Part shown: positions 51,613 through 64,000 of the stretch, in pieces | Layout: every line of letters starts with the position of its first letter | Numbering within the stretch: the first letter of the stretch is position 1 | Source: Vitrella brassicaformis CCMP3155 | Taxonomy: Eukaryota > Protista > Chromerida | Reading direction: 5' to 3' | NCBI GenBank assembly: GCA_001179505.1 | Contig: CDMY01000436.1 | Span: forward strand, 62,001-126,000 | Length of the DNA stretch: 64,000 nt | Notes under the pieces: model-generated | The model's input: only the letters and a program-made list of their open reading frames with translations | Databases searched by the model: none | Told to the model about the DNA's origin: nothing | Program-made: the position numbers and the translations under genes

Positions 51613-51747
51613 TTTTGTGGATGTTGAGGGCCACAGACACTGGTTTGGCCGTTTCTGAAATGCTGCATTCACAGTCGTGCAGCCAAATGTCCATCATGTC
51701 GGAGATCTCTTGTTAGTAGCTGTCGTTGCTAGTCCACTCATTCAACC

Positions 51748-54700
51748 ATGGCGTCCAAGTCGGGAGGAGCCAAGGGAGGCAAGAAATCCGGCAAATCTGA
51801 GCCGGCGGGCGGAATGGTGCGCAGATGCCCGCGGAGAAGGAAGATGTGCATTCTCTGGCTGTGTGTGTGTGTGCGTTCGTGTGTGTTGCAGAAGCAGAGC
51901 AACTTGTACGCCTTCTTCAAGGCCGCCCCCGCGACCAAGTCCATCAAGAAGGAGCCTCGTGCAGAGCCCGCTGCAGCAGCTGCTGCTGCTGCTGCTGTCA
52001 AGCAGGAGCCCGTGGATGAGGACATCGAAATGCAGGACGCCAACGCAGGGCCTGACAAGGTGACTTGACTGCAGACATGACATGACAACGCACAAAGATG
52101 AAGAGAGGGGGAGATCACCCACCCACCCGTGGCTGTGTCTTGCCGTCAGGCATCGTCTTCGGCCACCAACAACCCGGCAGCCCTGTTCAAGAAATCCAAA
52201 GCCAACGCGCCTCGAGCTGCAGACGAAGAGTAAGCCAACCTCCTTCTCAGATACACACCACACACACACCACACACCACACACCCTAACACTTATTCCCC
52301 CGTGTGTGTGTGTGTGTATCAGCGACGAGGACGTGCCGGTGAAGCGTCGCCGTCTGCGGCGTGTGCATGACGAGGGAGGGGAGGGGGAGGGGGGCGGGGG
52401 GGACGATGTTGATATGGGGGACGACGGCAATATGCTCATGGACGGCGGGGCAGACCCTGACGAAGATATGGGTGTAGGGTGGGTGAGTGAGTGGAAGAGC
52501 ACACGGACACACCCACACAGACACAGACAGGCGGCATAGCTGTGCACAGACACAGACAGGCGGCATAGCTGTGCTGTGTGTATGTGTGTGTCAGGGTGGC
52601 CGTTCTCGTGCCCCCTCGTCGGTTGAGATGCCGAAGATCAGTGGCTTGGCGTTCGACAAGACCTCACCGTCGCAGGACTCGCCCGACGATGCCGTCTTCG
52701 TCCGCAACCCCAAACTGGTCCGCGCACTCGAGAAGGAGCGCAAGGAACACCGCGCACGGTAATCTAATCGAGGCACCCCACCCACACAGTCCTTGGCCAC
52801 CCCGGACAGACACGTGTGTTGCGATCATGTGTGCGTGTGTGTGCGCGTGTGTGTGCGTGTGACAGTGATCGTGTAGAGGAGCACCAGCAGCGTTTGTTGT
52901 CGTGCAAGGCGGCCCTGACGTCGCCGATGTTTGCTGAGTACGTCGAGACCTTCTACAGCAGCGACGACGGCAGCAGATTCCCATCCTGGCTCAACCCTAT
53001 GAAAATCAAAGGTGGACGAGACGATACCACTAGACAGAGAGCAAGAGGGAGAGGGAGAGGGAGAGAGTGACACAAGTGTGCCCGGTGTGTGATGTGGTGT
53101 AGACAAGCGTGGCCGTAGCCCGTTTGACGATGACTACGACCCCTCCAGCATGAGAGTGCCCAGCCCACTGCCCAAGGTAAGCAAGGGCATTCACTCCTCT
53201 GGCTGGCCTGGCACACAGTTGGTCTTGTCGGTGTGATCTGACGCCCTCCCTCCCTCCCTACCTCTATTGATGCCATCGGTCCACCAGGACGAGAAGGCCC
53301 ATGCGACGCCCGCGATGGCTCAGTACTGGGACTTCAAGAAGGACAACTTCGACAAAGTGCTCTTCTTCAAAGTGCGTTAGCTCAGCGGGTGCCCACTGCC
53401 CTGGGGCACACACGCACACGCACATACGCATGGGGGGCGTCTCACATGCTGTATGCGGTGGTTTACATCGTCATCGTCATTGTCTGTCTGCCTGTGTGTG
53501 TCTATCTCGTGAGATAGATGGGCCGTTTCTATGAGATCTTCTACATCGACGCCTTCATCGCAGCTCGGGTGTGCGGCCTGCAATTCATGAACGACCAGAG
53601 CAAGGTGCCCACCTGGACACACCACACCACACACACGTGACGTCACGCGTGTGTGTCTGTGTGTGTCACGCCACGCCTGTGTGTCTGTGGCCTGCCTTGC
53701 TGCATCGTGCAGCCCCACTGCGGCTTCCCCGAGCAGGCGCTGCATCGGTATGCAAGTGAGATGGTGGAGGCGGGCTACAAGGTGTCAGTCATCGAGCAGA
53801 TGGAGACGCCTAAGGAACGCGACGAGAGAAACAAAGCCACAGGCAAGGAAGGAAGAACTCACGCAAGCAAAGCACCAACCACCAAAGCCGCGTGCGCTAT
53901 GGTGGTGTGGTGTGTTGTGGTTAGGTGGCAAGAAGGACAAGGTGGTGGACCGTCAGGTGTGTGAGGTGTACACCCAAGGCACACTCGTCCACGATGACAT
54001 GCTCTGTAAGCTACACACACACACACACACACATGCGACCCGCCACACCTGCCTGTCTGCCTGTGTGGCACACAGCCCCTGATGCCAAGTATCTGCTCGC
54101 ACTCAGCTTCGAAGACCCATCCGTACGCACACACCCATCACATCACACCACACCAAACCACACATCCATCTCTTCCCCCCCGCCCCCTCTCTCTCGGCAG
54201 ATGATCCTTGCGAGTGAGGGTCGCGAGAACGACGGCAACACCGACGAGGAGGCCGACCCACTCGCGGACCCGCTACAGCAGCAGCAGCAGCAGCAGGGGG
54301 AGGAGGGTGGGGGTAGCGATGACGATGGATCCCATCGGTTTGGGTTTTGCTTCGTGGACGTTGCCTCGTGCAAAATCATGCTGGGCCACATGAGGGACGA
54401 CCAGTCGAGGTCAGCCAGCCGCACACACAGCACTAAAGACACACAGACGGATGGACCTGAATGTGTGTGTGTGGATGTGTGTGTGTGTCAGGTTGAAGTT
54501 GTCGACGTTGCTGGCGCAGGTGATGCCGGTTGAGGTGGTGTACGACCCCGCCACCACTCCTGTCGATGTAGTCAAACTCATCCGAATGGTGGGTAGGTAT
54601 TTATGGATGGCCGCATCGCATATACACACAGGCACAAAGACAGACAGACAGACACCACACACGCTTCCTGCCTGCCTCTGGTGCGGTGTGGTGTCTGTGT

Positions 54701-57700
54701 CAGCTGCCCGCCCCCCCACAGATGTCGCCCAACAGCAACTTCCCCTCACTCATGGGAGCTGAAGCGGTCATAAACACACACACGCACCTCTGAAATGGCA
54801 CACACAGCAACCAATTCTGTGAGTGTGTGTGGCTGTAGGAGGTTGACCGTTACTTCCCGATGGACAGCGACCGTGCGATGCCGCAGGCCCTGCAGGACGG
54901 CCGCAGACACCCCAGCCTACTGTGTGCGTTCGGCGGCATCTGTGACTACCTGCGCAAAAACCTCCTCGACGAAAAGGAAAGGCACACGCAACGCAATGCG
55001 CAACTGGTGCAGTGCAGTGCCTTGTGTTGTGGTGCGTTGTGCAGGTGTTGCAGTTTGCGGACATCGAGACGTACGATCCGTTCAACCAGCGGCACCTCAT
55101 CATGGACGCCACCGTCCTGCGCAACCTGGAAATTCTGCAGACACAAGAGGGGTCAGTGCAGTGCCTGACCTGACACACCTGACACAATCGCTTATCTGGC
55201 TGTGTTGATCTCTCTGGCAAATGTGCGTGTGGTGTGTGTGTTTGTGTGATATGGACGAACAGGACTGAGAAGGGTTCTCTGTTCCACTTCCTCAACCACA
55301 CCTCAACCAACTTCGGCAAACGACTCTTCAAGTAACGAACGGCACACTCGACACCCCAAGTGCGGTGCGTGGCAGCCCCCATCATGATGTGTGACGGCCT
55401 CTTGGTGGTGTGTGTATGTGTGTGTAGGCGTTGGCTGTGCTCGCCGTTGTGTCAGGAGCGTTTGATCGACGAGCGGCTCGACTGTGTCGACTGGCTCATG
55501 CACAACGACGAGACCACCGGACGACTCGCTAAGGTCCGCCATCCATCCATCCATCCACACACACACAAAGTGTGTTGTGCTGTGTGCTGTGTGCAGGAGA
55601 TGTCCAAGCTGCCTGATGTGGAGCGGATGTTGGCCAAGACCTGCCAGCAGGGGCTGAGGGTCAGTCACTTCAGTCAGCCGACCGACAGCACAGCCACCAC
55701 ACCCGCCTTTTTGTCCGTTCTGTTGTGTGCTGTGTGTGTGTGTCTGTGTCTTACCCATGGTCAACCAACCAGGGTGAGCGTGGTGCGGTGTACTTCGACG
55801 ACGAGACGCAGAAGCGCACCGGCGAGTTCATCAAGCTGCTCGACGCTTTCGACAAGATACAAGTACGCACCGCCAGCACACTGTACCATCACCATCACAC
55901 ACACAGGTGCACAGACTGAGTCGGTGGGGGATGTGTGTGAGTGTGTGTGTCCTGACCCTTACACAGGATATGGTAGAGAGGTTCTTCAGCGGCCCCAATG
56001 CCGTCTACAAGCGCAGCGGCGGCGGCAGCAAAGAGGACGCACAGCCACAGCCCCTCCCACGCAAACTGGAGGCACTCACCAAACTGCAGGTGGCTGGCTG
56101 GGCGATATACCCACTCCCTCGCACATCAACCACACCACACCACACCACATGTCTGGATGTGTATGTGTATGTGTGTGTCTGTGTGTCAGAGTGCCGACGC
56201 GCCCGAGCCAGGGAGCGCTGCGGGCATGTTTCCGAATCTGAAGGAGAAGAACGCCCAACTGAAGGCCCAGATCGACACGCGGGGCGACGTCTACAAGCCT
56301 GCTCGGGTCAGTCACCTCACCCCCTCTCTCTGTGTACACGCACATTTTATGGTCCCGACATGTCAGTCAGGTGTGTGTGCGTGTGTGTGTCAGGGTGCTG
56401 ACGAGGAGTATGAGGAGGTGCAGAAGCGCATCCGGCAGATCGAGAAGAGCCTCAGCGACGAACTCAAAACCATCGCTCGCGAGTGGCGCATTCCGTCTGC
56501 CAAGTTCGTCGACTCAAAACACCGGTCAGTCTGCAGAACGTCAAGGCCTGCAGCACATCTTGCTCCCACGATATATGCGGCATTCAATGGGGTGTGTGTG
56601 TGTGTGTAGTTATGAGGTTGAGGTGCCTGAGAAGAGTGTCGACCGGCAGTCGGTGGACGTCACCTCATCGAAAAAGGGCTACGTCAGGTGGGTGGATGGG
56701 GATGGATGGGGGCCTGCAGCCACATCCATCCACTTTGTCGAATCTTCGCCTGTGTGTGTGTGTGCAGGTTCCACACGCCCGAGATCAAGCGCCTCATCGG
56801 CGAGCTGGAAGGTCGGTCGGTCATCACGCACACGCCACACCACACACATATGACTATGTGTGTGTGTGTGTGCAGATGAGGAGGAGAGTCTGAAGAACAG
56901 CTACTACCCCTTCCTGCAGCGGCTCTTTCGCGAGTTCTACGAGGCCTATGACTTCTACTGCGCCGCCGTACGCATCACCGCTGAGATCGACTGCCTCATC
57001 TCACTCGCAAAAGCGTCACTCGGCAGCGGAGGTGGGTGCGCCATACACCACCACACACACACAGACCAGCTCGGAATTCCACATGTGTGTCGTGTGTCAT
57101 CTTGTGGTGTGTGTATCTAAGATGGTCCGATGTGCCGCCCCGAGTTTGTGGAGTGGCAGGAGGGGGAGGCGGCCATGCTGGAGCTCAGAGAGTGCAGGTT
57201 GGTATGCATGTCGAGTGACTCGACCACAGCGATAGATACCTATTGTTGTGGTGGGGCGGTGTATTGCATGGTGTGGTGTCTCTCTCTCTCGGTGTGCTCT
57301 GCACTGCAGGCATCCGACGGTCGCTGCGCAGATCCCCAACTTCATCCCCAACGATACGTGCCTCAACACAGGTCACTCACAACAAACACACAAACCACCA
57401 CACGCGCGTGCTGTTGTGATGTGATGTGTGCGGGTGACCCTCTGCCTGTGTGCAGGTGGTGTGGACGGCGGTGTGTTGCTGGTGACTGGCCCCAACATGG
57501 GCGGCAAGTCCACCGTCCTGCGGCAGACGTGCATCGCCGTCATCATGGCACAACTCGGCACATACGTACCCGGTGAGCCAACACAGGACAGGACCCCCAG
57601 CCAAACAGTATCGATGTGTATCACTCACTACTCACTTCAGCGTCCAGCTGTCGGCTGACGTGTGTGGACAAGATCTTCACGCGCATCGGTGCCCACGACG

Positions 57701-58703
57701 CCATCCTCGAGGGCAAGAGCACCTTCCTCGTAGAGCTGGAAGAGACCTGCCAGATGCTGCAGCGGGTAAGTAAGCCGAACCGACCCCTCCCGGCCGGCCG
57801 GACGCCCCCAAACACACACGCTGGCTGGTTGCTCATCTCATCCGGTGTATGTCGCGTTCTGTGTTTGTTGTCATGTCAGGCCACCCCCCGCTCCTTGGCA
57901 GTGATCGACGAGTTGGGTCGCGGCACCAGCACCTTCGACGGCACCGCCATCGCACTCGCGGCACTCGAATACATCGCAAAGACACTCAAGGCATGCCTTG
58001 ACCACCACACACACACACTAACTAATGCCTGCCGAACCCCCGGTGTCTGCCTGTCCTGTGTGTGTCCGTCCGGGCCGGCAGTGCCGTTGTCTCTTCTCGA
58101 CCCACTTTCATTTGTTGTGTGAGGAGTTCCGCGGCATCCCCGAGATCATCAACTTCCACATGGCGGCCGACGTCAACGACGACACGGGAGACGTCACCTT
58201 CCTCTACAAGTTCCAGGAGGGGGCCTGCCCAAAGTCCCACGGCATGCACGTCGCCAGGCTCGCCGGCATCCCCGACAACGTACTCAGGTCAGCCAGCCAG
58301 CTGGTGGTGCGGGGTGCGACTCGCAGGCAGCTGTGTGGACCGTGTGTCTGCAGGGCGGCCGCAGAGAAGTCCCGCGAGCTGGAGGTCATCACGACAGAGT
58401 TCTACCAGCTAACACGGTAAGCATGATTGGAGTGGCTGATATAGATATCCACACACACACGTCTGCTCCTCCTCCGCCATTGGTGTCAGGTGCCGGAAGG
58501 TGGCCCGCCAGCTGCTGGGTCTGATCAGCACTCTGGCGGGCGACGACCCCGCAGCCAAGGACAGGGCGGCTGCCGAGCTGTCGGCCATGCATGCCGACTA
58601 CCACACACCCAACAGCGCGCTGCACGAGCTCATCATCAGCAGCAGCGCGGCAGGAGCCGACACGCCTATGATGGCTATGGATCGGGGAGGCGGGCTGCAG
58701 TAG
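51748..58703 (+). CDS. MSH6: DNA mismatch repair protein MSH6 (MutS family), many introns
   Basis: PIP box KQSNLYAFF; [10 protein letters not shown]...[22 protein letters not shown]|[12 protein letters not shown]; PHCGFPE; Walker [17 protein letters not shown]; [11 protein letters not shown]...[10 protein letters not shown]; [12 protein letters not shown]; FSTHFH; [14 protein letters not shown]. Confidence 0.96.
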
Positions 58704-59887
58704 ACAGACAGACAGACAGGATAGATAGGTGGGTGGATGGGACGAACGAATGGTGTACATACATAAAATACATAACACACATATAGCATAGCATACAGAC
58801 AGCTGGCCTGGCCTGGCAAGGAGGGAGGGGACGGACACACTGATGGATGGAGGGATGGAGGGATGTAGATCTAGCCACTGCTGTCTGACGGATCAAGGAC
58901 AGGTAGACAGACAGGTAGACAGACAGGTAGACAGACTGACAGAGGGAGGGAGGGATGGGAGAGGATTGATGCATTCCGTTTGGTGCGGTGGGTGGATTGT
59001 GTGTGTGCGTGCGTAGCCATATATAGCTGACTGCCTCGTTTGGCTCTCCTGCTTGCAATTGAATGGCCTTGTACAGATGACTGACTGATGGCAGCCAGCA
59101 GGCAGGCAGCGATCCGATCCACACATTTTTCATGTCATGCCTTCCTCCATCCACGCACATCGTCTCAGCGAGAGCGTGTGTGCCTCCGCGTCTGCGTCTG
59201 CCCGGCCTTGCACCGCACCGCACCCAAAAACGGTCGTCGACATTCGTCGACACACCACACCACACCACTCCACATGAATGAATGCACACCACTCACTCAC
59301 CAAAGCCACCCAACCCATACATACGGCACAGAAACTCCTCCCTCTGTCAGTCATGTCAGCGCCTCACTCCTCATCTCACCTCACGCTACCTACCTGCCGC
59401 ACCGACACACACACACACGCACACACAGACCGACCCTACACAGCCCATGTGTCGACACACGCCATGCATCCATCCATCCCACCCGCCCGTCCCCAGTGTA
59501 TGTACACTCCGTGTGCGTCCCGTCCGTCCCACACGACTCAACTCCATCATCATCATCACGTGTGTCGATCGGCCGGCCCTTCACAAATTGGAGACAGCTG
59601 GCTGGCCACTGTCCGTCGTGCGTCGTGTACGCCGGTGGGGTGGACTCGCCTCGCCTACCAGCCGTCGAGAGAGCGCACCGGACCCTTGACAAATAGATGG
59701 GGACCAAGCCCCCACCGCGAGGGACCCTCCCTCCTCATCTCGCTCAGGCTTGCCGCAGAAACTTGGGGTGTGCGTAGATAGCGATGGTGGCCCCCACCAA
59801 ACCGATCCTGAATGAAATGAAGGGCAAAGATGACGGTCACAGGCGGCTCACGGGCTCTTTTGTTTCATCTATCGGGGTGTGGGTGGC

Positions 59888-62480
59888 TTACGAGAGGCCG
59901 GTGTAGATGCCGATGGCGACGAACCGGATGGCATCCGGCCGCCTGGGGGACGGCACAGCCGCGCCAGCAAACACACTACACACATGATATGACATGACCG
60001 GGAAGGAAGGAACACATGTGGCCAATTGATTGATTGTGCACACGGCACGGCGTTTGTTTCATGTGGGTTTGGTTTGCTTACGACGCGGCGTTCTCCGTGA
60101 AGCCACCGATAAGGTAGTAGATGATCACCAGAGCAACTGCACACACACACATACATCATCCTCACACCACCACGTCGCAGCCCCTCCACTCCCTCCCTCC
60201 CTCCCTGACCAAGTCTTGGGTCCAGGACGTCCTCCTTGGTGCACGCCGATATCGGGTCGAGGACCATCCAGGCGAATATGGTCATCTCCATGGCCAGCAG
60301 CGCCGTGACCATCACCGGCGGCATGGCCCGGTGCAGCCACTTGGCCACTTGACGCGGGTTGATCAGGATTGACATCAGGTTACCCAGGAAATCGCCCACC
60401 AGCTTCGACAGCAGCAGGTCCTGACACACACCAACAGGGAGGGCATGAGTGGATGAGCGGACGAGGGCGTGAGAGCACCTCCCTCCAAAAGGTGGATGGA
60501 TGGATGTGTCATACCTGCGATGCGATTGGTCCGCCGAAGAAGGCCAGGAAGGGCATGAGGCTCATGAGACACAGCCGGTTCACAAGCAGACAGATACCCA
60601 GCAACCACAGCGTTATCGTCGCTCTGCACCCAACAACCACCCCACACACCAACACACCAACACACCAGCGACTCCCACCTGTCCCGCACCCTTTTGTCCC
60701 TCTGCTTGTGCTCACTCCCTGTCTAATGACGGCGGCAGGAGGTGGAATCTTGACTCGTATCTGGGGCCCAGGCTGGGCTGCAGCAGGTGCTGCGCCGGCG
60801 TGGGGCTGCCCAGCCCGCTGCCCGACAGAGTCCCACTGTCCATCTGCCGCGTATACTCACCCCGGCCAGACCTCGGCGACTCGTCAGAGCCCTCCAAAAT
60901 CAGATCGTAGATCGCCCGCAGCTGATGACCATGATCAACCGACCGACCCACAACACACGGAGGAATGAGTATGTGTGTGCACAAACCCGCAGTCTCCCCG
61001 TTTGTGTGTGAGGTGAGAGAGAGACACATAGATGTCCGTTCCGTACCTGGTGTGTGCAGTGGAAGACGCCATATATGACGACACAGAAAGTGGTGACGAT
61101 AAGCGGCACGGCGAGGAATATCAATATCTCTGTCCGCGAGGCGTCAGGCTTGAAGCCCGACAGCTTAGTCACCAGCACCGTCGTACCCGCCGCTACACCC
61201 GTCCCGAGCTTGACCACCTGATTGATGTATGGGATGGATGGCCCGTCCGTCCACCCATTCTTCCATCCGTCCATCCATCCCAATCCCTACTACACCCACC
61301 CTCACATGTGCCCATGCATGCTTACGGCAGGGAGTTTGGAGTCGCCGGTGGCCAGCAGCTGCTGTGACGACGACAGGAGGGCGGATGTGAGGCAGCCCAG
61401 GAGGATGCCCACCGTCAGGACGCCCGCCCACGTGTCTGCGAACCCCGCGCAGAAGCACACGACGCCCGCCACGATGGTGACGAAGCTGGTGCGGAACAAG
61501 TAGGTGCTGTCCGTCCCATACAGCTGGTCAAACACACTGAGTGATTGAGTGGATTGATCGATCAACAGCAGAGAGAGATGCATGGCATCGATGTCAGACA
61601 ACAAAGAGAATGATGTCCGTATCTCTGCGACCATACCTGTCGTATTTGATTTGCAGCGAGATCATGAGGGGCGCCGGGAGGAAGTTGGTGAGGACGAAGA
61701 ACAGCAGCACCTTGTTGGACTTGAGCAGGCCCTGGAAATACCCCACCGACGTCTGGAAGAACGTTATAGTGATCTATATATACACACACACACAGACACA
61801 CACACGACCGAATGTCATGACCCCTTCCTCCTGGGTCCTGCATGCGGTCCTGCATGCGCCCTCGCGCACCTGCTGGCCGGCCCCGAGAGTCAGGGCCAGC
61901 GGAAATAGCCTCCAATACGCCTACATGTCACACCCAAGCACACGCACACACACAGACGAACACAGGCAGAGCGTCGCCGACAAATGGCAGGCATGAATTC
62001 CATGCAAGCCACACTGTTCTGCTTACCGATGCCATGTTTGTAGAGGCCGATGCAGCAGGGGCTACCTCACTGGCGCCGCCCCCCTCGGTGACGGACGTCG
62101 GAGTTTCTTCCTTCTCAGCCGGAGAGCTGGGCGCGGCCGCATCCGAATCGGCCAATGGCGGGAGAGCGCTCAGCCTGCTGTGGTCAGGGGATGGTGTGCC
62201 GTTTTCTGAGCTATGGGCCGACTCAGGACGCTTAGAGTTGGTCTGACGACCAATGACTTGATGCATAAGAGGCGGCTGGAAACGACGAGAACCACATCTC
62301 TAATGGCACAGAAGAAGCGCGAGTTGAGTGGCGACTCTTGACAAAGCTCGCAGGGTTTGAAACCGCTGCTGGGAGGCGAAGCATTTCATGAGGTGTGCTG
62401 TCAGCGGCACAGCTCATGTTGTGGATGCTGACACTGGCAAGCTTTGTCTTCTCCCTGGCGAGTTGGTCGCCGGCCGCCAT
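59888..62480 (-). CDS. Multi-pass membrane protein, divergent equilibrative nucleoside transporter (ENT/SLC29)-like
   Basis: Hydrophobic exons VLLFFVLTNFLPAPLMISLQ, FVTIVAGVVCFCAG...VLTVGILLGCLTSALLSS, VVKLGTGVAAG, LLLSKLVGDFLG, RFVAIGIYTGLS*. The pattern fits ENT topology, but family assignment is tentative; start MAAGDQ (62480) inferred. Confidence 0.55.
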
Positions 62481-62646
62481 GGTGCGTCCCGCATCGCTGG
62501 ATCTGTCAGTGTTCGTCCCTCCTCCTCTTCGCCATATCACACCGACGTCGAAACGGGGCCTTCGCACAATCGCAAAAGAGGTGTGCGCGCGACGCACGCA
62601 CACCTGGATATATGTGTCTATGTGATCCTTTCAGAGTGATGGCAGG

Positions 62647-63842
62647 ATGCCGTCGCCACAGCCCAAGGAGCAGCCGATACCGAGCGACCCTGATGGTGTA
62701 CCAGCAGGTGCGTCGGCGCCATCCATAACACACGAGGGAGAGAGAGGGGAATCCATCGGAACATGCCGTACTCACACACATCTGTCTGCCTGTGTGCTGA
62801 TTGACCTTGTGGGCGTGCGTGTGATTCCTTCGTCGGCTTTGTTCAGGCACACCAACGAAGTGTGGTGGCTTGGAGGTTTACGGGCGGTCAGATGAGGAGG
62901 TGCGCCAGGGCCTTGACCCGCTGCCCAGGGTCACGCTCCCACCAGAACTCGTCGAACGGCACAAATTCACCCTGTTCCCAGAGACTGGCCGGTGAGTGCT
63001 TCGTCACAGATCAAGCAAGAAACAGCCTTGTTGACTTGAGATCCTCTCCGTTTGCTTCGCACGTGTGTGTGTGTGCAGCTGGACTACGGGGTCTCTCAAG
63101 GACATCAATCTGCTCACGGTGGTTTTCTACGTGTGGCCGTTGTTGGAGCAGATGATATTCCGGGTCGTGTGACACAGAGAACCCACAGGGATGGGTGGGT
63201 GGATTGATTAGCGCAGTGTGTGTGTGTGTGTGTGTTGGACAGACAAACTGCGCTGATCAGGACAACGATGACGACATCTCGATGTCATTTATGGTCGGCA
63301 AGGACGGCAGGACGCCGAGGACAAGCCCATATGACTATCAGAGGCAGATATGGGTGCTGGTCGGCGATGATGAGGAGTATTATGAAGGCACAAAGGCATC
63401 GGAACAGGCCCTCAAGAGGCGCCTAGCGCGACAGGCATTGAGATACGGCTGCTATGTGGACGATGCGCTGCTCAAATGGACTTTCTACAGCTACAACGAC
63501 AAGACGTTCACCCTGGAGGAGATCAGGGAGTTTGACCACAGAAGCAGGATGTCGCAAGAGGGCCAGCCGCAGGAGATAGTGGACTTCATGGCGGAGCTCC
63601 TGCGCAGAGACGACACAAATCTGCCGTTTGCCACATGGGAAGAACTCAGGAGCCAGCAGCAGAACAGGTGCGTGTGTCGTCAGGCAGACAGACAGAGAGA
63701 GAGAGAGAGACAGATAGAGATAGAGAGAGAGGCCAGTGGGTGCGCGAGTGAATGTGTGTTCCACACATAAAAATGCGTTTGCAGATTGGAGCGTCTGCGA
63801 GAGGAGGCGGCGGAAGCAGCTGAGAGAGGTGTGGAGCCATGA
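62647..63842 (+). CDS. Hypothetical lineage-specific protein, multi-exon
   Basis: MPSPQPKEQP start; exons WTTGSLKDINLLTVVFYVWPLLEQMIFR and SPYDYQRQIWVLVG...ATWEELRSQQQN|RLERLREEAAEAAERGVEP* (TGA 63840-63842). Confidence 0.7.
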
Positions 63843-64000
63843 TTGACTGACGACGGATAGAGCCAGTAGATGCTTGAACTGTAGTGCGGCACAACGCATG
63901 TATGTATGCAAGTCGGCCAGCGTTTGCTTTTCGTTTTCGACCCATTCATTATGTACTCATTGTTTGTATCACTTGGCTGTATCCAGCCGGTTGGGCGTGC

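Noticed and set aside
49740-51660. Target-site duplication flanking the LINE
   Set aside because: No convincing direct repeat found by eye at either junction.

Overview
Eukaryotic, GC-rich, intron-dense genomic window. The short GT-AG introns full of CA/TG microsatellites and the gene content suggest a chromerid alveolate such as Vitrella brassicaformis; this is an inference, not a database match. No rRNA, tRNA or CRISPR array was seen. Recognisable genes in order: kelch-BTB protein (-, runs off the left edge), hypothetical (+), EPC/EPL1-PZP-chromo-like chromatin scaffold (-), WDR17 (+), F-box-like protein (-), ZNF330/NOA36 (-), DPH5 (+), TTC23-like TPR protein (-), EamA/DMT transporter (-), MSH6 (+), ENT-like transporter (-), hypothetical (+). 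Five pairs are head-to-head; four are 166-313 bp apart, and the fifth (EamA/MSH6) is split by a 5'-truncated LINE with one premature stop. The 28.2-43.0 kb region is an accessory mosaic of duplicated, frameshifted kinase-like and lineage-specific gene pieces, with a 300-N gap. The most notable signals are: (1) many introns are built as CA-rich 5' half / TG-rich 3' half inverted repeats; (2) a 24-bp motif occurs nine times in one orientation, usually directly after a minus-strand splice acceptor, in several unrelated contexts; (3) microhomology junctions reuse one breakpoint motif; (4) one kinase-like copy keeps a long exon open through two pairs of compensating frameshifts. All exon models were assembled by eye, so boundaries are approximate where stated.
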